Shown piece by piece: positions 36,961-48,984 of a stretch of DNA of 64,000 nucleotides. This stretch comes from Phallusia mammillata (lineage: Eukaryota), in contig OZ281498.1 in the NCBI GenBank assembly GCA_965637545.1, positions 27,528,001 through 27,592,000 on the forward strand, read 5' to 3'. The position numbers and the translations under genes were made by a program. The notes under the pieces are model-generated. The model was given only the letters and a program-made list of their open reading frames with translations. It was not told the DNA's origin and did not search any database. The first letter of the stretch is position 1; each line of letters opens with the position of its first letter.

Positions 36961-37414
36961 GTAGTAACAATGTGCGAAAACAGGAAACGCTGTACATGGA
37001 TATATGTAATAAAAATCAGTGTAAAAACGTTGCGATTATCATGCATACAAACAAGCATAGAATGGTTTAAAACACAAATGTTACTCAGTTTCAATGCACA
37101 TTTTGTACAGCTCAAAAAATCCAGGTGTGTATAAACATTTGATTGTTTGCAAAATATAGTACACAATAATATAGTGCTTCGAAACGAAAAAAAAACGTTT
37201 AGGCTGCGTTTAAATATTGTTATCGCGTTGAAGATGACGTGTCCATTTGCCGAAACATTCGACAATAAAGCATGTGCCATTTACGTTCATTTGGGTTATA
37301 ATATTTCTAGCAAGTCATTGTTTTTGTGTAAAAGTGTGGAACAAGGCATAGAACGGGTTTATCCCTACAGGGAAAAAGATGGGCAAAACCGAAAGTTTAT
37401 TGTTTATTTCAGCA

Positions 37415-40400
37415 TCAGATATCGGTGTCTGCAATATAAGGAGAGGGTCGGCTTCCTTCAGGCAAGCTATCATCCAAATCCACACTAACCGCCCTCGGTA
37501 AGTCGAACATCTGAGGACCCAGACTCGGTTGCCAACCACGCCGGGTTGCTATGTCAACGTTTCTCCGTGGCAACGTCGATCCCTCACTCGGAGTCTTCCA
37601 ACGAATAGGGGAAGTCCCCTGATCTTTAGCATCAACTGCTACGTCACCGGGCTCCGATGATGACGTGGTGACGGTGGTCTCATCCGATGTTGACGACGCG
37701 GCACGTTGCTCGACAGGTGGCGCTGTTTCATCATCCGAACTCTCAAAACTGTCGCTGGATTCGTACGAGCTGACGTCACTGTTGCTCTGCGCGCTCCTCC
37801 TAGATTGCTCCTCACTCCTCCTACTTCTTCTCCTCTCGCTTCGACGACGTCTGGAACTCGGCGTTCTGCTTCGGTGACGACGACTAGCCGGGCTGCGACT
37901 GCGATGACGTCGACGACGGTCACGTGATGAGGATCTTGAGCGCCTCCGTGCGGCAGCAGCTGCGGCTGCGTCGATACTTCGTTCCTGGAAATAATCAACA
38001 TCACATTAATGCGACAACAGATGTTGAAAAATGAAGAATAGTTTAAAATGAAATCAACCCTACAGTCGCAGTTTTCCGGTAATTACCGTCATCTACATCA
38101 AAATAATCCAAAACCCAGTGTGTAAAACCCAAGGCCAGTGGTTCTCGACCGGGGTCCGCAAAGCGTTTTCAGGGGGGTCGCGACAACTTCTTATGTCGCC
38201 CAAAAACGAATTGATAAATCGCTATTAAAGTAAAGGCTTCAGAGATGGTAAACGCGCTGCAATAGCTAAAACTTCAAAGGGGTCGCAATTAGATTACAGC
38301 ATCGAAAAGGGTCCGCAAAGGCAAAAAGGTTGAGAACCACTGCCTTAGGCCAAACAGAATCAACCGGTGTACACAATATTTACATAATATATATATTTCA
38401 CCAAATGTTTATGGCATCTTAAGTTCTAATGGTTCAACGAACATAATGTAGCATCAATTTATTAAATTTCTCATATCACGTTGTTTAATGTTGTTTTAAT
38501 TGATCAATTTTCTCATAAAAACCTATTAAATGTTCCAATAACGTCCACTCATATAAACGGGTTTTTTTACCTGATAAGCTGGCTCCCTCGGTGTGTAAGG
38601 GTTGGCTCGTTTCACCTCGTCATGGACGTAAGCTTTGTTGTTGAAACTCGCCAAGTCCTTCGGGTCGTGAGTGAACAACGCTCTGAAATCGTGTGGGTTA
38701 GAAAAAATCAAAGAAAAATAAACTGTTGCTACCAAACATATCGTAGTAACATTTGCCAGAAGAACGTTGTTAAGTTTTTATATCAAAGAAACATTGGGTT
38801 GCTTATTATTGTGGTGCACGGTCAGTGGTGGGATTCAAGTTTTTTGTCAGCCGGTTCTATCAGAAAAGTCATATTTTTCAGCTGGTTCTGTTACAAAAAG
38901 TCCATTGACAGTAACCAGTAATGCTAACCGGTTCGCTGATCTCGTAAAATTTCGTGAGACGGTTCTATGGAACTGCGTATGGCCCATTATCGTCTCCATC
39001 TTGGAAAAAGAAATATAATAGACACCCAAAAACTTACTCTTTTTCCTTCTTGCGCCGCTTAGCGGAATAACAGCAGCAAGCTATGATGATAGCGCCCACT
39101 AGGAGCAGAAACGCGCCCACGGCAGCGAGTATAATCATCCACAACGCCACCACCGTCTCACATTGAGACCCCAGGAACCAAACGTCACTTTGTGAAATAC
39201 ATCTGTAACACAACAAACTACGTCAAAAATGTGTTCACAAGGTCATGGGTTCTAATCCCATCTCGGTCGCTTGTGTTTCCTGAGCTAAAAACTTGAGCGG
39301 TTGCCACACAATAAAGTATGTCATTGATTGCTGACGTCACACACTCGTTTGTTCACGTCACACGTCACCCTATTGTGACGTATTCGGCCTGATGTGTTTT
39401 TTAATTGAAAGGTTCGGGACAAAACATATCAACTGTTGCTACAATAATATACAGACTAAATCAAGCTCTTATAGCAAATGTATTGTTGTAACGTTCCCAA
39501 TAAGACGTCGAAACGTCCTTTCAAGCAATTCATTTGCGAGAAGAACATTATTTAGTTTAAGTCGCCACAAAATGTTTTTCTGAGTAAGAAACTTGAGCGT
39601 CATTGCTCCAACCCAGTGGTTCCTGATGGGTTGAACTACATTGAAGTCACCAACTGCATAAGTCGAAACAAAGTTAAACAGACTCGCAATAAACCAGGCA
39701 GCTAGATGGCGGACTCATTGTGAGCAAAACGCATTCAGGCGTTGCGCGCCCACCGAGGATAAAAATCAATCAAACAAAATTAGGTTTAAATTAGCTCGTG
39801 TTTTGATGTTGTAAAGCATAAGGAACGGTGCTTACGTGCATGTCGGGGTCTCTGCGATCGAAGCTTGTGCACAAGTTCCGTTGTTTTTGCAGAAATCCTT
39901 AAGACAGGGTGACACGCAGTTAACTTGTACTCCTGCCGGTGCTTCGTTGCAAGCTGTGTTGGCTGGACACGTCACTGTTCCGGGAGTGTCGCATAAACCT
40001 TGACCTGGGAGTAAAGAACCGACATTGAATAGAAAAGTTACACAGAAGTCATTGCTTTAAAACGCACGTTCGATAACGCACGGTACGGATTTGAAATGCT
40101 TCTTGGATATACTACTGTGGGGAACTTCTTAGTTTTCTTGTGAAAACAATATGAAAATAGTAATTCGTATGTTAAATAGTATAGTTAAATGGTTTTAGAG
40201 ATTTTCGCCTGATATACGCATACAACTTTTTCAAGCGTTTCTGCACGTTTTTGTTCTGTCATTAACATTAATTGAAAAAACCCAAAAAACACTTGTTTTT
40301 AAAATTATTTTTTTCCATAGTCAGTTCTGAAGGCACTCGTATAAAAGGTGGGCACATTTTTGCGAGCTACAGAAACCTTGGGAAAACATACATAACCTTT

Positions 40401-41648
40401 TGTTCAAACCACAGACTCACCCGTAAACTGAAAAGCTGCTTCGTCCTCCGCCACAACAGCAAAGAATGTGCCAAACGGACCAGAGAGCAAGTCATTCACT
40501 ATCAAGTTATAATTTCCTATCCCATTTGCGATATCAGCATCTGAGGTGGTTTGATTCAGAACACTGTACCTGGCTTCTACATCATATGTCACCTGCAACA
40601 AAACACCAACTTAGCTACCATATTTATCACGTTTCAGTCCTTTCTGGTCCTAATTTTGCCTTCAGTACACCTATTTGCGCAAATGAAAATGCAAAGTAGT
40701 TAAGTCAGGCCGGGTTCGGGCTTGAAAAGTTTTAGGAGACGGGCTTGATTCGGGCCTGGCTTTATATTCTGTGTCAGTAATTGTTGTGGCTAGTTTGCTG
40801 GACTTAACGTAATGTCCAACAGCCCTAAAGCGTCTTGTTAGGCCATTGTCTACCATTCTCCATTGTATCTGTCTTCTTTATTATAGTGCCTATTTCCCAA
40901 AACAACCAGTTTTATTCAACTCCAATGTTAGACAAGTAAGTGTTGTACTTACATCAGTTTTTTCTGCATCGACAACAGTCGTTCTGACGTTGTTTGCTGT
41001 TTGGAATCCAACTAGGTTGGCTTCGTAGAAAGGCCCGATCTGCGCAAATGAATATTCTATAATTTGTTTTAACCGGGATCAGTTTATAATTGGAGTTAGC
41101 TAGAATCAAGCGTTTTTATACAATATAAAACAGTGTCATCTGCGAAAAACTGTATTGCAACATGAAGCAGAAAACTTACAGATGTGATGAAATTGTTCGA
41201 TGTGAAAGTTGAATCTTCAAAATTTCGAGTTAATCTCACAGTTGTTGTGTAAATCTTGACGGTATTTGCAGCTGTAACAGAAAGTCACAAGGTTACGGGT
41301 TCGATTCCCCCTGGAAAACATAAACACGATAAAACTCACCAATTACTGCGGGGCTGTCGCTTACATTCACAAGGGGAAATCCCGGAATCTGTCCAACTTA
41401 AAATAAAAAGCATTGTTTTATACTTATGACATCATAATACCGCTGCACGCAACACAAGAGATATCGAATTAAGCTTAATTTCCTCGTTAAATTTGTTTGA
41501 AAATATATGTTTCGACAAAACAGGGGTATGGTAAAGATTGTTTATTTAATCACTAAAAGATACCTGTTAGAAACGGTTGCGTCACAATCACGGCTATTGT
41601 GAGGTAATGAAAGACTTCCGAACCGGAATTCCGTCGACAAACGGGCAT
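37415..41648 (-). CDS. Paralog C: type I membrane protein, signal peptide / SEA-like / EGF-like / TM / RS-rich tail, about 502 aa
   Basis: Exons 41648-41564 (signal exon less certain), 41396-41340, 41271-41180, 41039-40953, 40592-40421, 40004-39836, 39202-39038, 38682-38571, 37984-37415; all phases compatible. Cys pattern CKNNGTC..C.C..WFLGSQCE; TM LWMIILAAVGAFLLLVGAIIIACCC followed by KRRKK. Confidence 0.85.
38136..38342. mobile_element. hAT-type MITE (CAGTGGTTCTC TIR, GGGGTCGC core)
   Basis: TIRs CAGTGGTTCTCGACC / GGTTGAGAACCACTG; flanks CCCAAGGC / CCTTAGGC. Confidence 0.85.
38823..38973. mobile_element. Truncated CAGTGGTGGGATTC-family MITE
   Basis: One TIR plus core; the other end is missing. 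Confidence 0.85.
39230..39640 (+). mobile_element. Fragments of a second tRNA-derived SINE family (Ciona Cics-like core)
   Basis: GGTCATGGGTTCTAATCCC..GCTTGTGTTTCCTGAGC at 39240-39300 and TTGCTCCAACCCAGTGGTTCCTGATGGGTTG at about 39604 resemble the ascidian SINE core as recalled; reverse-strand relative at 44200-44265. Confidence 0.6.
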
Positions 41649-44199
41649 TGTGACGACACAAAACAGAAATATGATCTACAGTGCAGGATTTTTTTAAATG
41701 CAACTTATCGTGGAGAAAATGAACTGAAAGTTGGTTTAACTTGAATCTCGTGCTTTGTAGGTCAAAGTTCATGAAAGGTTTAAAGTTTTGTTGCTACAAA
41801 ACTATTGTCCTCAACCTTATTGCTACTATTTGACATATTAAACAAAATTGTTGGGTCGAAAACAAACAACGTACAGGAGAACCATTAAACACAGAATAGA
41901 AGGACGCTTTTTTAATTTGTTTAATCCCTTGATTTAATCAAGGTATATATATAAGCAAAGTCCATAGCCTTGTTGTTTCAAAACGATATTACAGTTATCG
42001 CAAGCTTTGTCAAAACTTTAAGCAATCGTCAAAGAAAACACAACAGCAAATTTGAATTACAAACGACAATATCATACTCCTATCTTCGCCATTTATGCGT
42101 TTAGGGCTACTGTTTGAAATATCGCGAACAAAAAAAGCTCTTTACGGTCTTTTTCAGTAATGCGAATTTCAGAAAGCATGTACGTTGTCCAGTTTTGATA
42201 TGCTGCTGAACTTAACCACAATGAATATTACATATTTGAAGCACCACTACATGAAACGTTATGACAGCACTTCACCAGCTAATATCGATTATACTGGTTT
42301 AAAACACGATTTGTTACGTTGGGTGTTAAAATATTAAACGTTTCAGTGACGATAACAGTTCGGTAACGTTTAATTATTATTAAAAACATATTTCTGTTCA
42401 TCGAGTTTTATGCAGTAAGCAATGCGATTCACTTAAGAAAGTTACTTGTTTTAAACATTTGAAACACTAAAGTTTAACTTGAAAAAAATCTGAACTAAGT
42501 TCATCCTGAAGTAAAAATCATATAATATTCCCCAAGCTATGCTCTACAACTCAACGCAACTTTATTCAACACTCGAATAAAACGATTTCCTCTATTTCTC
42601 ATTTTAACAAAGCACATAACAATGTTCCTCTTGTTGTACACTCTACAAATGTTCCCTGCCTATATGAAGTCATAAAAGCGATTCATGGTTGCGGAACGCT
42701 TGGTTTGTTCTCACATAAACCTCTTTGTGACGACATAGTTCTATTTGAACGCCCACTGCCTCTGCGAAATAGCTTGATAAAAACCTTTTACCGAAACAGG
42801 CTATGCTTGACTGGCAGTGCGCAAACACGATAAAGCAAACAGAGAGGGGCCCTGCCTCAGTAAAACACCACAAGCTCTCCCTGGTTGGTTTCTTTATTGC
42901 TGTATAGCCAGGACGTGAACACTGGATTCCACCGGGGAGGGTCAAATCGATGCGGGTTTGAATTTTACGATCATGTTTATCGATTTGTCAATATTGTCTC
43001 ACGGTGTTACGTCACAGAATATTTTCACGAGATTTATCGTTTTTCAAGTCTGAAAATTTTATTTCACCAATTTTTTTCCAGGTTTCTTATTTAACGTTTT
43101 GGTGTTTAACTTGCTGACTTCCAGCAGATTGAAATTCTGTTCTCCAAGCTTCAAACCAATTGTTTAAACTTCTCTTCTAATAAAGCAACTAAACATATTT
43201 GTACAGCAAGAAAAGTATCTGTTTCCTTACAACTGTACATCTTCTAAACTAAGACTGTAGTTGATCATTAACAACTTGAATGATTCCTAGCCAGATTTGA
43301 ATCTTATCGCAAAACGTTCTTGCTTCGCGTTTTCAACAAGTTTTGTTGATAAAAGTTTTCCAGCCAGACGGGCCGATAACAAACTTGCAAAGAACCCTGT
43401 TGATTTTCTGATCAAACGTAGATTTCTTGTCAGAACCACAAACGAAATGTATTTGTGCGGCAAAAGTGTAATAAATGCAAGTGTACGACGAATGGAAACA
43501 TAAACATTAAATAAAACATATTTATAGTCGGAATACAACTTGAACAAAAATGCCTTTTGGTGCCTTTTTGCGGTAAAATCTTGTTCTTATAACTTATATA
43601 ATTAACTGATATTAAGTCAGAGCCATTTACTTCTTTATAGTATTAAAAAAATATTGAACTGATATGTGCGGTAATCTCACGCTTCACGTCGACGAATGAA
43701 TGCCACATTATCATTGCAATGTTCACGACTTGAAGTTGATAAATATAGCTGTAGTTTTTGCAAACCGAGTTTTTTGTGCAAACAAATCGGTAAATTAAAC
43801 AGAAATGTATTTGGTTGCATTTGAACTTTGATCTTTCAGCAGTTTGTGGCAAGCTTTTGCCATTTGTGGCAAGATTCTGTACTGATATGAACTGAACATG
43901 GATCTTTATAGTTTCCATTTACACTGTCGACTCCTGCAAACAATATTTTTTGTGTTAGCTCGATTTGAGAGAGGGAGTCACCCCACAACTTTCTCGGTTA
44001 ATCAGAAAAAATGCTTACACAACATAACTTTACTCATTTGTTGTTTGTTTAAACTTTATCCTCGGTGGGCGGGCAACTAAATGCGTTATGCTCACAATGA
44101 GGGCTCCGTCGAGCAGCCTGTTTTATTGTTCGTTAAGTCATTTTTTTGATTTTTTTCTATGCACTTTAATTCAACCCATCGGAAACCACGGATTGGAGT

Positions 44200-44265
44200 T
44201 TCTTGCTCAAGGGAACACAAGCCACCGAGATAGGATTAGAACCAACAACCTTGTGAACATACGGC
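44200..44265 (-). mobile_element. SINE fragment, same family as 39230
   Basis: Reverse complement GTTCACAAGGTTGTTGGTTCTAATCCTATCTCGGTGGCTTGTGTTCCCTTGAGCAAGAAACT. Confidence 0.6.
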
Positions 44266-44321
44266 GGTTGCGATAAACACCTGGCAATCTTGGTGAAAGA
44301 TTTGGATCAGAACTTTACTCA

Positions 44322-47300
44322 TCATAACTTCACTCTACTCACCATGGCAACTGGGGGTTTCGGTCGTTTGTCCACCACAGCATAAGTGGGAGATTCTGAT
44401 CTAGGTGGAACTCCCAATCCCACTCCTGCCATTCCTCCTGCTCCTCCCACTCCTCCTACTCCTCCCACTGCTCCTGCATCAGGGAAGTTGGCCAACCTCC
44501 TCTCCATCAGATGAGTGTATCTTGCATCTGTATCGTCTTCCCGGGAAGAGAAGGAAGAACTTCTGCTGTGGATTCAAAACATAAAGTTGTGTGGAATCCA
44601 ATCATATGTTTAGCTCAGTGGTTCTCAACCATATGCTTTCCCACAGTTAAAAAGAAAAGGCCTATCCGTTGATTTACCGATTAAAACAGGATTTAGGTGG
44701 TTTGCGGCGATAGAAAAACGCGATCAGTGTAAGGTAGAGAATCACTGGTTTTATGTAAATGAAAATCAAATTTTAATTCAAAACAAAATAGGAATAAATA
44801 GTTTAGCCCATGTTTATGATTCAAATCCTTACTGGCAAATAGTAAAAAAATCTTGTATGTTCTAAAATAACATTATTTTCGAACACTACATACAGATCTG
44901 TTCATAAGTTTAATGGTGAAATAACGGTCGAAAATATACCTAAAAAGCGACATGCTTTGATTTTTCTAACATTTCGGCAAATGCTAATGTCATCATCAGT
45001 GATATTATTTTCAATTCTCAAATAAAGCAACTTTGAAACTGCTTTGGTTTCAACAACTCAATGTTTTAAACTTCCAACCTTCTGTTTTCCGCTGTATCTG
45101 CATTCTGAGGAACACCGACTGCGGCGTAATTGAATTCACTGGATGTTGATGAGGAGGTTGGATCATGCGTGGAGTCAAGGGATGTTGCTGCAGGAGTCCC
45201 AAAAGTCCTCGGAGCCGCGACAGGAGGAGTTACAACCTCCGGAAGAGGATCAACAACTTCTTTTTCTTCTTTATTCTCTATCTTCTTTAATTCTTGTGGC
45301 TCCGATTTTTCTTTCTGAAACAAAACATTAACAAATATTGTGAGATGATTGACATTTGGAAGACTGCTTGATCTAGTTATGCCATCCATAGATTAACTTT
45401 TCATTTTCTCTGTGTAGTTATAGTAGCTATAGATCGAGCTACTTTTTCTCGACAAAGTCGGGTCAGTGGTTTGCAGGAGTTTTTTAAAATGTCAAAAATT
45501 TGAAGTTTTTCCTTAAGTTTTGAGAATATAACATTGAAGTTTAGTGCGTTTGTAAAGACCAAGGGACGCACAACCAGGTTTTTGTTGTGTCCATGTGTTA
45601 ATGACTCGCGTGCCAACGTTTTTCCAAATAATAGTGGTCCGTGCCAGCAAATATTAATAATAAAGAGAAAGCAGAGTGTTTTGTGCATGTAAGGCTGAAT
45701 TTTAAGACAATGGCGTGATAAAAACTATAAACAAGCAGTGTAACGGGTTAAATCGTTACTTCAATATGAACACGAAAATTGGTTTCCGTGCCATGTAAAC
45801 CACCTCGACTGGCACGCGTGCCAGGGGTTGCCTGCCCCTGATGTAAAGTACATGTGATGTGGTTGTTAATAGCAGTAAGGCTGTAACCTCTGGTAAAAGT
45901 TTAAAAAGTAATTACCCAATTTGCAATTGTTATAGTTCATAACAAAATCTAGCGACTCCGCCGTTCAAATGTTACGATATGTTCTAGAATTCCAACAAAA
46001 TTCACTCACGGCTGATTTCAGACCCAAAGCCGATTTGATTGTGACGAAAACTTTCTGATTCTTCGACATCGGCTCGTCTCGCTCCTTCGACGCTTTGATG
46101 AAAGCTTTTCTCTTTTCCTTCTCGATCCTGAATTGTGACGTCATTATTGCGTGGCGATTAAATAGTGACGTCATAATTGCACAGAGAAAAATGACATCGT
46201 CACTTTTGGCGTTAAATAGTGAGGTCATAATTGCACAGACGAAAGTGACGTCATTATTGCACAGTAAATTATTTGTGACGTCATATTGATAACAATCGTT
46301 TTGTTTCTAAAGTGATTGTGGGACCAACCGCTTTTGCAAAATGGCTTTTTTTAATTCTGACTGAACACTTGAGAATATGACGTCATTGACAGTTTTATGA
46401 GGTAACCATCAGAAAGTCTGACCAACCTCTTGTCGATTCCCCGGACACAGATGCAGGTGATGAAGATCACAAGCAGGATTAATAGGAAGATCACAACGAA
46501 GTAGACGATCGGCATCCACAAATTCAACATTGTCTTACAGTTTGAACCGACAAACCAGTTGTTAGCAGATGTCACACAACTAAATACATCAACTGTTGTA
46601 TTAAGTGTGTGCTGGCTTTTCTCAATAGGCAAAGGACGTAAATTTCGGAAAACCAACAAGTTACCCTGGCAACAAAACGCAGGTTTTTAAGCGAGCTTTG
46701 AGCAGTCAAACATCACGAAAAACCTTGAGTTTATTGAAAGCATGACTATGCTTTAAACGTCATTGAAACACTGAAAATACTTTGAAATACAACAAGCGTG
46801 CTTAAGAGTATATACGTTTCACCCGAGCTTCAAGCAAACTTTTTGCAATCAACCATAACGATTAGTCAAATAAGGCCTCGAGGTTATTAAAAGCTTTTCT
46901 ACAGCCCACTTCAAGCGTTGGGAAAAAACAAATAAACCTATTTTTACCCAAACAATTTAGTTGACCACACGAAGTGTGTTCCGGAATCCGCTTTAAAAGA
47001 GAGTTCACCCAACCTTCTAAATGAACCTTACCTGCAATGCGGTGATACGTTTCCGTTATTCTGTATACATCGGCCATCGTTGAAGCAGATTGTCGAACTG
47101 AAGCACTGTGACGTACAGTTGACGTCATTGCCTATGACGTCATCGACACAAATTGCGTAAGTGTTGCACGCCGCTTCAGAACACGGGCTGTTGCCTAAAG
47201 ATTATAAAAACAAAACTTTTGTCATATTATTGGATTAACATTTTCGGCTGTTTGTTATTGCTTATGTAGTAATGTAGTACTTGACGTCCAAGATGTTTGC

Positions 47301-48984
47301 ACTAGAGTTGTATTCGGTACAATGGTTTAACTATAAATCGGTATCAGTGACTAACTTGGTGAACCTAACTGAAGATGGTAAGAATACTTGAAGAAAACAA
47401 CTTACTGAAATGCAGATTTTGTCCCAATTATTGATGTTAAAACTTTTTCATGCAAAGTGCACCTTTGCGGTTGTGAAGTCTTGCTTAAATAATTTTGTGA
47501 ATACATTAGCTAGCTTTATGAAATTACGCTTTGAAACTGCGCGGACACTTAGAGATGCGTTATTGTGTTTCAGTAAACAAAGAATTTACAACGAATTATG
47601 TGGGTTCAAATCACCTGTTGCACTAAATCCGCCCGCCCAAGTAAAGCTGCCGAAGTTTGTGTCGTTTTCGAAGGCAATTTGCACTCGAGTCTCGTTGCTG
47701 ACGACATCCACGACTTCGGCGTTTGTGTAAGATTCCAGTAAAGTAAAGTTGTAAGAAACTGTGTAGTTTGTCCGGTATGTGATCTGCATTAAACTCATCG
47801 TTAGTTCAGTTCATGTCACAGTTTGTAGCAAATTTTACTTTTTTACCCTATGTCTTTAAACTGTTGTAGGAGAGTTCAATTGACTTTACTTAAATTGTTT
47901 TGCTTATTTTTCAGGTAGCAAAATCTTTTTTTTTATTCAGTCAGTTTCAAAATTGTAATAGAAAATAAACAATTGATTGGTTTATTTTGTAAGATTTATA
48001 AAAGAATTTCGTCGTTAGTTCAGTTCATGCCGATGTTAGTAGCAAATTTAACTTTCAACCTAGACCTTAGAACTGTTGAATGCGCGTTTAAATGACTTTA
48101 CCATTCATTTGTTTGTGTATTTTTGAGTTACAGAATCAAGTTTTTTCTCAATAAGTTTCGGAATAGTGGTGATCAGAGACTGAAATATTGATTGCATCGT
48201 TATGTCAAGTTTATACAAGTAAAATTCGATCGGGTTAAACCGTCAGGTAGATGTTCGTATTTAGCTTGTTCTTACAGCTTGTTCTTGTTTGGCTTGTTTT
48301 CAAATGCAGATATTTCTGTCAAGATCCAGTTTGTATACTTTGTGATAATTAAATTAGCTTCTTTGCAGCGACTAAAGTTGTAGCCTTTTGCAAAGTTCAA
48401 ACACAAAAGTTAAATTAAAACTAAAAACCATCGATTAAATGTGTTATGTTGTCACGAGAACACTTGGTTCGTAAACAATAATTAACAATACTCACGTTAT
48501 TAGAAGTATCAGGTTTCGCAACTTCTACAGCAGTAACCCCAGGAATAGCTGAGTTGTAGTAATTCTCCACCACAGCAGCAAGCAAGCTTGCGTTGAAAGA
48601 ATCACCCGCGGTTACGTTCAGGTTCAACTGCGTCCTGAAGGTTTTGTTGAAATCAGCTGCGAAAAATTGAGGTTCGTTAGAATTTTCCGACGCGAGGGTT
48701 GGCATGGTAACCACGACGTTGTCATGGCGACTTACCAAATGTTGTTGGAGCTTCGTATTTGAAAGCAAGTTCGTTTCTTTGTTGTCCGAAAACTGTAAAA
48801 ATAAATAAATAAATAAATATATAAGTAAAAAGTGAAATGGAACCAGAATTCAAAGATTAATACTTTTAGGAAAAAAAATGGTTGACATTTTTTTTGAAGC
48901 AGAAAATGAACAAATTATGTAAAAATAAAACCAACCTAGACAAACGTTGGTGACAATGAAGCAACCCACAGCGTACAGTCGCAT
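44322..48984 (-). CDS. Paralog B: type I membrane protein, signal peptide / SEA-like / EGF-like / TM / Tyr-motif and Gly-rich tail, about 449 aa
   Basis: Exons 48984-48936, 48792-48736, 48656-48496, 47783-47615, 47194-47032, 46579-46427, 46127-46010, 45314-45079, 44565-44322 (a GTGAGT donor at 44342 could add a further last exon). Signal MRLYAVGCFIVTNVCLVFG; many N-x-S/T sites; CFNDGRC..C.C..WFVGSNC; long hydrophobic TM. Confidence 0.87.
44616..44747. mobile_element. Degenerate hAT-type MITE
   Basis: CAGTGGTTCTCAACC ... GGTAGAGAATCACTG; no clear TSD. Confidence 0.6.
45660..45840. mobile_element. Partial hAT-type MITE (TGGCACGCGTGCC family)
   Basis: End GGCACGCGTGCCAGGGGTTGCCTGCCCCTG; other end not found. 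Confidence 0.55.
46136..46283. repeat. Short imperfect tandem repeat built on TGACGTCA + ATTGC
   Basis: Four perfect TGACGTCA and one TGAGGTCA within about 150 bp. Confidence 0.85.

Noticed and set aside
36792-37488. 162-aa and 113-aa ORFs
   Set aside because: They overlap a SINE and the presumed 3' UTR of paralog C; no recognisable motifs.
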